DNA of 6,597 nt from Amoeboradix gromovi X-113. Lineage: Eukaryota > Fungi > Sanchytriomycota. Within the stretch, counting starts at the first letter, position 1. Each line of letters starts with the position of its first letter. The stretch lies in NCBI GenBank assembly GCA_018985225.1, contig JADGIF010000567.1, positions 1-6,597 of the forward strand, in the 5' to 3' direction. Below the pieces are notes generated by a model, which ran no database searches, was not told the DNA's origin, and saw only the letters and a program-made list of their open reading frames with translations. This document shows, in pieces, positions 1 through 6,597 of this stretch. Position numbers and translations under genes: made by a program.

Positions 1-382
1 ATCCCATGTTAGACTCAGGAATAGGTGGAAAATTTGTATTCAGCTGTGATTGCTTGCTTCTGGAAGTGCATAGGTTACTTCTATTTTGACGATAGTTTCG
101 AGACTTTTTGAATTTCTTTGCGTCATTGGAAGGCACTACAGGATTATTATAAGTATTTTCTGCCCTCCTGCCCTCCGCCCACAGTATACCATAGCGTGAA
201 GTGAAATCATCTTCCTCGCTATCTACATCAATTCCTTTGTTGATATCTGTACTTTCCGAGGCTGGTTCGACGGAATTTAAGCTCAAATTAGAAAGGCAAG
301 ACGCAACCTCGTTAGCATTCACTTCAACAGCAACATCCGATATGATGGGAACTGAAAAGATAAAAAGCTGAAGTAAAAGCAT
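1..382 (-). CDS. Probable G-patch domain protein, 5' part (continues beyond the left edge)
   Basis: Stop-free minus frame from 454 to the window edge, first ATG at 382-380. Translation: MLLLQLFIFSVPIISDVAVEV...DVDSEEDDFTSRYG...KKFKKSRNYRQNR...NTNFPPIPESNMG. The ending IPESNMG matches the start of the G-patch motif (IxxxNxGxxMLxKMGW). The true start is uncertain: a possible short intron, GTATGC...CAG, lies at 384-368 or 384-352. Confidence 0.55.
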   Translation of the reverse strand, partial: MLLLQLFIFSVPIISDVAVEVNANEVASCLSNLSLNSVEPASESTDINKGIDVDSEEDDFTSRYGILWAEGRRAENTYNNPVVPSNDAKKFKKSRNYRQNRSNLCTSRSKQSQLNTNFPPIPESNMG

Positions 383-837
383 ACCCACCAGATATTCCTT
401 CTGTTTGGAATAGCGCTTGTGACGCAGTTTATCCGATGATGATTTATGATGAAATCAAGGCTATGCTAAAGTTTACAAACGGTCTTAAAATGGTAATCCC
501 ATATTTTATCGCTTCACTGGAGCAAGTGACTACGGATTCTGATAATAAACAGTGCAGTTACTTAGCATGGATAGATTTCTAGCAATTTGGCAATTGCTTC
601 AAAAAAGCTTTCAGATCTTCAGGTAGGTAGACGTAGGTGCTCAACGGTAGTAACTAGAAGGAAGTAAAGAGAAATTTGATATTGACTTGAACACTTTGCA
701 GCCTTTGGATTTCCTTTGGGCCCTTGAGAACATAGTTTAAATTTTACATCTCCAAAGTGTTACCGAAATATGGAGTGCAGTTACTACATATGGTGCCTCA
801 TCTGGTAGAGTAGATAAATCTGATGAGTTTTCAACGG

Positions 838-861
838 AGTCTATTTTTTATATTTGATGTC
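838..861 (+). repeat. Short fragment of the dispersed 'FVFDV' gene-family repeat
   Basis: AGTCTATTTTTTATATTTGATGTC matches the minus-strand copy near 6411-6434 at 22/24 nt and is also similar to 1549-1572. Confidence 0.45.
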
Positions 862-1539
862 TCGATTGTGTTTCTCGAAGATAGGTCCAATTCTAATTGC
901 TTATTGTCATTTCAACCGCAACCCTCCAAAGTCATTCATAAAATGGGTTTTATAGACTAGTATATCTGGTTGCGTTTAGATTTGGATAACTCAATGCTTA
1001 GAAAGTCTTTAGGGAGAAACTAACAAGCCTTTCAATATCCACTTTTACTAATTGAGTGTGACTCTTAAGACGACAAGTGTGATAATAGAGTAAGTCATAG
1101 TAGCTCAAATTTCAAAATGAGCATGCTATTAATCTACCAAATTCAAGCTATTTGAACTTATAAGTTTGCGTGGCTGTGACCATTATTGATTGCGATTTGG
1201 TGTCGTAAAGATAATATCAAGAACCGGTTGTGATGAAACGCATTATACAGATCTAACATAATATTTAAATCAATTCCTTGGGAGACCAAATATAAAAGCT
1301 AGACCAAGTCGTTTTTAAAGGATGTGCTCCATAAGGAGGAAATATTATTGTTAACAAGTCCTTCTTTCAAACCAATTCTCTTTCATTAATGTCATTCCTC
1401 TCTTTAAAATAAAACAGAACGACCCAGCATCTCTTTCAAATAAGGTCTTTCAGTGAAAGCAAAAGGTGCAACCATAAGATTAATTTAATGTAATTTACTA
1501 TCGGTTAACACACACTTGATATAACAATTCAAACTATTT

Positions 1540-2492
1540 CAGAAAGTTGGTCTAGTCTTTGTATTTGATGTCCCATACGTTTAGAGTTAGAATCCAACTA
1601 CGATGTCATCACTATTTGTCCGTGTTTGTAACATCATTTCACTTTAAATTCAAGGTCATTGGCATCCACTTCATATATATTACCATAAATCGAAACATCA
1701 ATGATTCTTAGAAACTAAAGATATATTCGAAGAATATTTTTGTAAACTATTGGATTGTTTAGATGCTACTCATGAAGATGATATGGTAACAGAGCAACCT
1801 GTTTACGTAAAACATGTATTTAGTTATGAATTGTTAAAGATATCGAAATCTGATGATAGACACGAGTTTTTAGAATGGCATATTGATACAAAAGAAAATG
1901 ATCTTATGAAGAACGGCCTTTCTAAAGTGGTTATTATTGTACCAAAAGTAACAGAAAACAAGACACATTTAATATGGAGACATTGCTCCATTCAAGAGGG
2001 TATGTTATCATATAGTGCAATTAAAAAGTTTGCTGATATTCCTAGAGACAAACTTTCCCTCATCAGATCTACCAAAGTGGAAGATTTGATGCTTTACCCG
2101 ATGGTATTTTTGCGTTCCTCGACTAAAATAGCTAACACCCATATTGGTTTTGATTAAATATATGATGAATACGGAAAAGGTTATAGTGTGCAATCTGTCA
2201 AAGCTTCTTCCACTCATGAACCCACGCTGTTTTAGATATTTAAAAAGATTGCGAAGCCGTTTATTCGAAAATTTATCATATCATCAAGGTATACGATAAA
2301 TTTTTAAATTTGCTAAACTTATTTGTTCCCTCAAAGTATGAAATGCATGATCCAGAATCTTTTCATGTGATTGCCAATGAAAGCTTGTATTCGAACTTTG
2401 AAGATGTACTCTTGTCAAAAGAGGACCAAGAAGAATTGGAACGAGTTGATAGAGCGATTGCAAGATCATCAAATTTCTCAAGAAGAACCTGA
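1540..2492 (+). pseudogene. Degenerate Crinkler-like (P-loop NTPase / PD-(D/E)XK nuclease) gene
   Basis: Frame 1 stays protein-like across several stops: QKVGLVFVFDVPY (Walker-B-like), FLETKDIFEEYFCKLLDC..., NTHIGFD*IYDEYGKGYSVQSVKASSTH (TAA 2155-2157, TAG 2233-2235). It then shifts near 2240 into KDCEAVYSK...LLNLFVPSK...RRT* (2244-2492). The N..xFD...Q....H...LFVP pattern resembles Crinkler REase domains. A paralogue at 6016-6597 supports the reading frame through synonymous differences. Confidence 0.5.
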
Positions 2493-2562
2493 TTTAAATA
2501 CTATCTGTCTGTTTTAATAAACCATTTATTAACCCATGTTTTTATATATTTGTCAAACTCAT

Positions 2563-2638
2563 CAAGTGCTACCGCCTACGTTAAATGCAAAGATCTGAAA
2601 TAATTCAGAGTTCACATTTCTTCAGTGTAGACAACTTG
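2563..2638 (-). ncRNA. Candidate omegaRNA scaffold hairpin overlapping the Fanzor 3' end
   Basis: Minus-strand fold CAAGT/ACTTG, TGTCTAC/GTAGGCG, AAATGTGAA/TTTGCATTT and TCTGAA-TTAT-TTCAGA gives 27 bp including 4 G.U pairs that only work on the Fanzor sense strand. It spans the stop codon, where TnpB/Fanzor omegaRNAs are known to lie. Confidence 0.55.
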
Positions 2639-3089
2639 GGTAGATACAATTTAAACGCGTTCATGCTTGTATTGATATCTCTATGGTCTTAACGATCACA
2701 TTTAATGCATTCGAATCGTTACCAATGTACGCTTTCTCTCGATTGGTGATTACATCTAAAACATTAAATGGTCGAACATGCCTCGTTTATAATAAACAGT
2801 TTCCGGTTACACCTCTTGCATTTATGTGGCAATCTCTTCTTGAAAGTATAATGTTTAAGGGATTGAATCTCTGTCTTTTCATTCCTTGTGTCGAGAATTC
2901 AGGCAACAAGACAACTGGATATTTGCGCAAAGACTCTAACACCTCTTAATGCATTTTAGCAGTAGGATCTTCTATTCTTTGGCACAGCCGCGCTTTCTTC
3001 TTCATTCTATTCTTGAGTTGATATCAGAGGCTTACTTCAATGTCAAATATCTGAAGAGTAAAAATTCTGACTATGTCTAGTTTTTACAT
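2605..3089 (-). pseudogene. Fanzor2/TnpB-like RNA-guided endonuclease remnant (C-terminal RuvC-II, zinc finger, RuvC-III)
   Basis: Minus-strand translation RMKKKARLCQRIEDPTAKMH*EVLESLRKYPVVLLPEFSTQGM, frameshift near 2880-2860, then SLKHYTFKKRLPHKCKRCNRKLFIINEACSTI*CFRCNHQSRESVHW*RFECIKCDR*DHRDINTSMNAFKLYL...CEL*. The motifs LLPxF, HYxFKxRL, NEAxxS/T, CxxC...CxxC and HRDIN occur in the canonical order. Stops at 2948, 2766, 2721 and 2691. RuvC-I was not recognisable, so the 5' boundary is approximate. Confidence 0.88.
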
Positions 3090-3289
3090 TTGGCGTCCCT
3101 CTCGAAAAGAAGACAATCTCGTTAAAGCAAGATGCTGCAGTACCAAAAAAATTGTTAATGTCTTGTGAATGGTACAACAATCTCTTTGCAAACTTAAACA
3201 TTAATCTGATAGTACATGCTATTAGCTGTAACCAAAAATGAAATTCAGAAAAAGTGTAATCTAATAATTTGCAAGTGAAATAAAATTTA

Positions 3290-4408
3290 TTAAGGTCTAT
3301 GTTCCAATGAAGGCGAACGTAGTGCAAGTAATTCGTCTTGTAGTTCATCAAAGTGGGCGTCAAATTTAGATATTCTTTGAATTGTTTTTCCATCTTTGGG
3401 CGGTGAAATTGGTCTATTTAATGTTACTTCTGGAATTGACGGTTTTCTAATCACGGTTCCTGTGTTAAGCGATGCTCTTCTATTTATTCTCGTGTTTGGG
3501 GAAGTTACGTTAGAGGACACAATGGACTCAGCGGTGGTAACTATTGGGGTTTGCAAATCTAATGAACTTGTAGGAATTACTGACTTGATGGTACTACTTC
3601 TCCTACCATTTGGTGGTGATAGCTCTAAATTCTTTAAAGAGCTCTCATACACAGCAGGTCGTATAGAAGACCCATCTGGAGATGACTTCAAGGTTACGTC
3701 CATTTCGCCAACTAGGCTTTTTAGCTGAGTGAGTCTATTTTCCAGCACCTGCTCTGGAGATGAAGGACTAACAACGCTGCTTAAGAAAGTGTGGCCACTT
3801 TTATAACCATCGTAAAACTGGGTGTACGATGAACTTGATTTTTCTTTATCAGATACAGGTGAAAATACAGATCCTCTCCTTTTACTAGCATATGAGCTAT
3901 CTAGCTTATTGTTCAACTGGCCTTTGAAAGTCTCGTACTGCTGAATACTTTCTCTTAGTTCCCTATGTACCCCTAACAGTTCGTTCCTTAGTTGAGCTGA
4001 TTCTTTTATATAAGGGTTATTTAAGTTAGGGGTGTTGGCATAGTGCACAGCAGATGATTTAATTATTGATTCTAGCTTTTCAATCTTCTCTTGTAATATT
4101 TCGACTATTTCTTCAGCATGTTGTCTGCGCTGCAATTCCAAGTCATATTGTTCTTTTAATTTTTGAAACTCACTTACTGCTATTTTTATAGCTCTGCTGA
4201 TATTTTCTAGTGCTGCTTGTCGTTCATCTACGCTCTGTAGTTTAGATTTTAAACTCTGGTTTTCTTCTGTCGTTTTAACATTAGCATCCTCCAACTCCCT
4301 AACACGTCCATTCAGATAAATAATATCATTGTATGCTTCTAAAGATACGCTATGTACTTTTTTCAGCAACCCAACTAGCCTAGTATTTTCTTTAATGAGC
4401 GAGTCCAT
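3290..4408 (-). CDS. Hypothetical protein, 372 aa: N-terminal coiled coil, Ser/Pro-rich disordered region, short C-terminal helix
   Basis: Long uninterrupted ORF with heptad-rich segments (LNGRVRELEDANVK...LQEKIEKLES). The start is placed at ATG 4408 (MDSLIKEN) because the 4474 start in the track would overlap the SEC13 CDS. Confidence 0.85.
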   Translation of the reverse strand: MDSLIKENTRLVGLLKKVHSVSLEAYNDIIYLNGRVRELEDANVKTTEENQSLKSKLQSVDERQAALENISRAIKIAVSEFQKLKEQYDLELQRRQHAEEIVEILQEKIEKLESIIKSSAVHYANTPNLNNPYIKESAQLRNELLGVHRELRESIQQYETFKGQLNNKLDSSYASKRRGSVFSPVSDKEKSSSSYTQFYDGYKSGHTFLSSVVSPSSPEQVLENRLTQLKSLVGEMDVTLKSSPDGSSIRPAVYESSLKNLELSPPNGRRSSTIKSVIPTSSLDLQTPIVTTAESIVSSNVTSPNTRINRRASLNTGTVIRKPSIPEVTLNRPISPPKDGKTIQRISKFDAHFDELQDELLALRSPSLEHRP

Positions 4409-4455
4409 CTGTGGCTTGATAATTTCACAATATATTTTTAGAAACAAATATAATA
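4409..4455. promoter_or_regulatory. 47-bp divergent intergenic spacer, presumed bidirectional promoter
   Basis: AT-rich spacer between head-to-head ATGs at 4408 (-) and 4456 (+). Confidence 0.5.
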
Positions 4456-5401
4456 ATGGAAGCAAAACCGGCATCCAGTAAGAACGAATTTGACTCCGGA
4501 CATGAAGATGTCATTCATTCGGCTGCTTTTAATTTTCATGGTACTTTATTGGCCACAAGTTCTTCTGATAAGAGCGTGCGAATATTTAAAACTACTGGTC
4601 CAAATGGTGCACCAAATTATGTTCTTCAAGACGTGCTTAAAGACCATTCTGGACCTGTATGGAATGTGCAATTCTCGCATCCAAAGTATAACTTATTAGC
4701 TACTTGTGGTTATGACAAGCAAATCATAATTTACAAGTACGTCGATCACTGGCAAAAAGTATATCTGTACACTGGTCAAAAGAGTATGAATCAAGTAGAA
4801 TTTGCCGATGTTGAATTTGGCTTAATTTTAGGTGGTGCTTGTAGTGATGGATCCGTAGTTTTGATTTATTACGATGAAGTCACCAAGCAGTGGAGCACAG
4901 ATTCATTCGAAGCACATCATCTAGGTTGTACCTCTATCTCTTTCGTTCCTTTCATAAAACCAAATGCGCTTTTAAAGCCTTCAAATGACGATCCTTCGGA
5001 ACTTCGAATTGTAACTGGTGGCTGTGATAACAAGATAATTTTATGGACACGGCAAGTAAAAGAAGGCCAGGCTAAATGGATTCCTAAGCCTATCGGAAGT
5101 TGCGGAGACTGGGTTCGAGATGTTAGTTGCGCCCCATCAATTGGTCTTCCTGGACATTATCTAGCCGTCTGTTCTCAAGACAAAAACGTTTATATCTATT
5201 CTACCCAAGACTATCAGGAATTCAAGATACAAAAACTCCCTTTGAATGATGTCGTTTGGAGAGTGAACTGGTCTTTGGTCGGACAGATATTGGCTGCAAG
5301 CTGCGGAGACAACAAGGTACTTGCAACTAACATAGGTATACATGTTCCAACAGCAAGTAAACGGAGAATGGTCAGAGGTCAAAGTTCTAACTGAGCAGTG
5401 A
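4456..5401 (+). CDS. SEC13: Sec13, WD40 subunit of COPII coat / nuclear pore; exons 4456-5316 and 5336-5401, 308 aa
   Basis: Typical motifs: HEDVIH, LATSSSDK, HSGPVWNVQFSHPKY, LATCGYD, VTGGCDN, DWVRDV, VWRVNWSLVGQILAASCGDNK. Removing the intron gives the expected ending DNKVYMFQQQVNGEWSEV...EQ*. Confidence 0.96.
5317..5335 (+). other. 19-nt spliceosomal intron in SEC13
   Basis: GTACTTGCAACTAACATAG has a GT donor, a CTAAC branch site and a TAG acceptor. Splicing restores the conserved Sec13 C-terminal KV...GEW strand. Confidence 0.88.
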
Positions 5402-5456
5402 TATGAATATAATAAGTAAATCAAATTTACTGTTTATTTCTTTTGAGCAGTCAATA

Positions 5457-5486
5457 TTTACACCGTTGAAGATTTAAAATGTCAAA
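5457..5486 (+). repeat. Left arm of a perfect 30-bp inverted repeat
   Basis: TTTACACCGTTGAAGATTTAAAATGTCAAA is the exact reverse complement of 5855-5884. Confidence 0.97.
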
Positions 5487-5880
5487 TTTTTTAAATTTAA
5501 GAACTTATTGTTCCCGGCGCCTTTTTGGCCACCAACATTCTAAAGAGCTTCAACAGTTGAGGCTTTTCATCCTCTGTAAATCTTGGGTTTGTAGTATCGA
5601 CGTAATACTACTGAAAGAGCAAAAGCTCTGTAGGACTGTTGTATCCAAACTGATGTATCGTAACCCTGAGAAAGTTTTATACTGTTCAACATTACTTCAG
5701 TAGGGAAAATCCTTGTTGACGAGTCATGAAAGCATGAACCGGAACAGCTATAATCTGCTGTTAACCCTAAGAACAGATATTATTTGGCGCTGGCCAAACG
5801 CACCTGAAGCGCGAGCCAAGAATTTATTTTTCTTCGAATATATTCAAATTTTTTTTTGACATTTTAAATCTTCAACGGTG
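5461..5880. mobile_element. Possible non-autonomous TIR element (MITE-like, TA-flanked); alternatively the processing stem of an ncRNA
   Basis: TA|CACCG...CGGTG|TA ends with 26-bp TIRs inside the TA dinucleotides; no transposase ORF. TA duplication is typical of Tc1/mariner elements, but TA is palindromic and cannot be told apart from part of the stem. Confidence 0.45.
5511..5822. ncRNA. Unclassified structured ncRNA candidate (~310 nt)
   Basis: Nested long-range pairs: 5511-5518/5815-5822, TTTGGCCA 5524-5531/TGGCCAAA 5791-5798, 5573-5589/5763-5777. Local hairpins: GTAGTAT/ATACTAC, AGAGC-AAAA-GCTCT, TCAACA/TGTTGA, TCATG-AAAG-CATGA, AACAGC/GCTGTT. GC-richer than the flanks. Strand unresolved. 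Confidence 0.5.
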
Positions 5881-5884
5881 TAAA
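5855..5884 (-). repeat. Right arm of a perfect 30-bp inverted repeat
   Basis: TTTGACATTTTAAATCTTCAACGGTGTAAA is the exact reverse complement of 5457-5486. Confidence 0.97.
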
Positions 5885-5906
5885 GTAATTCCAGCAAGAT
5901 AATTTC

Positions 5907-5979
5907 TGTCTCAGGGGAGGTTTGAACTCCCGATCTTTGGCTTCGGAAACCAACGGCTTAACCTCTTGCCCACAGAGAC
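5907..5979 (-). tRNA. tRNA-Arg(CCG), 73 nt, no intron
   Basis: GTCTCTG-TG-GGCA-AGAGGTTA-AGCC-G-TTGGT-TTCCGAA-GCCAA-AGATC-GGGAG-TTCAAAC-CTCCC-CTGAGAC-A forms a complete cloverleaf with A and B boxes and anticodon CCG. Confidence 0.93.
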
Positions 5980-6015
5980 GCTCGTGGCTTGTTAACGCAC
6001 AGAATTGATTCAAAA

Positions 6016-6597
6016 TTAATTTCCAAATTCATGAGCGTACCTGCAAAAGCAATCCGAAGAGTAGCAAAAAATAGTGTTTTGCATGACATAATCTAATAGG
6101 ATTTCTGCAATCTTGTAGTGAGAAAAGCTGCACTTCTTGCGCAAATATCCTATTTAAGATTAGTAGTAACTGAGGAAATAAACTAATTCTCAAAAGGGAA
6201 GGTATGCAACCAAATAGTAATCTTTACCAATCATATCGCGTCTGATGACTGGACAATTGCCGAGCAACGCAATCCAATCTGCAAGTGACATTAGAGAGTC
6301 TAGAAACAAGAAATTAACAGCTTTAGAGTTTAACGGAACAAGCTATCTATCGTGGTTGTTTACATGATCCGTGTTCCTATAGTAAGTTCTCATTCCAGTT
6401 TTACATATGGGACATCAAATATAAAAACTGGACTAACTTTCTGTAACAACTTTGAACATTATTTCAGCTTTATTAATTTTATGGATTTAAGAGGCGAGTG
6501 GACATTCAGTTAGTTGCGGAGTTGGCGAGTATAAAAGGAAAATAAATATTCTGTACAGCTATTCTCTTACTCTTTCATCCAATCTTTATTTCAAATA
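6016..6597 (-). pseudogene. Second decayed paralogue of the Crinkler-like gene at 1540-2492
   Basis: The reverse complement of 6403-6443 matches 1540-1580 at 36/41 nt (KLLQKVSPVFIFDVPYV vs KLFQKVGLVFVFDVPYV). Further collinear blocks: TTTIDSLFR vs PTTMSSLFVR, and FCYSSDCFCRYAHE (6069-6028) vs FCKLLDCLDATHE (1738-1776). Multiple stops and frameshifts. Confidence 0.6.

Noticed and set aside
161-180. Short GCCCTCC tandem repeat
   Set aside because: Two and a half units within coding sequence; trivial.
455-735. BRCT-like minus-strand peptide (EAIKYGITILRP) upstream of the G-patch ORF
   Set aside because: Interrupted by stops; I could not build a consistent intron model.
2683-2949. Plus-strand 88-aa ORF
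   Set aside because: Antisense shadow of the Fanzor remnant; no motifs.
455-2950. TAA/TAG reassigned to Gln (aphelid- or ciliate-type code)
   Set aside because: SEC13 and the coiled-coil gene contain many Gln codons and no internal TAR. The interrupted frames also contain frameshifts, so they are pseudogenes.
3043-3728. ORFs 3043-3393 (-) and 3396-3728 (+)
   Set aside because: Alternative-frame or antisense overlaps of the coiled-coil gene. The 3' part of the first may hold unrecognisable Fanzor sequence.
5317-5394. Track C-terminus of SEC13 (VLATNIGIHVPTASKRRMVRGQSSN)
   Set aside because: Read-through of the 19-nt intron; the spliced frame matches Sec13.
5479-5703. 74-aa ORF inside the inverted-repeat cassette
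   Set aside because: Starts within the repeat arm and has no transposase or other motif; likely chance.
5767-5798. U2 snRNA-like words (minus TTTGGC...TATCTGTTCTTA; plus GCCTTTTTGGC at 5519 and GTAGTATC at 5591)
   Set aside because: The minus match lacks the GUAGUA branch-pairing sequence, and the plus words are about 60 nt apart instead of about 11.
6137-6150. 14-mer TTGCGCAAATATCC shared with the Fanzor remnant (2930-2917)
   Set aside because: No extension on either side; a single 14-mer match is plausible by chance in a window this size.

Overview
Eukaryotic, AT-rich, very compact DNA that looks fungal or early-diverging fungal (inference only); standard genetic code. Housekeeping core: SEC13 (+, 4456-5401) with a 19-nt spliceosomal intron, a divergent coiled-coil gene (-, 3290-4408) whose ATG is 47 bp away, tRNA-Arg(CCG) (-, 5907-5979), and the 5' part of a probable G-patch gene at the left edge. 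The ORF track misses an accessory layer. (1) A decayed Fanzor2/TnpB-like RNA-guided nuclease gene (-, about 2605-3089) with a long G.U-containing hairpin over its stop codon, a candidate omegaRNA scaffold. (2) A 428-bp non-coding unit bounded by perfect 30-bp inverted repeats and enclosing a helix-rich ~310-nt core, 22 bp downstream of the tRNA, which has no nearby Pol III terminator. (3) At least two decayed paralogues, plus a short third fragment, of a Crinkler-like NTPase/PD-(D/E)XK gene family. All calls come from manual translation and folding; no database searches were run.
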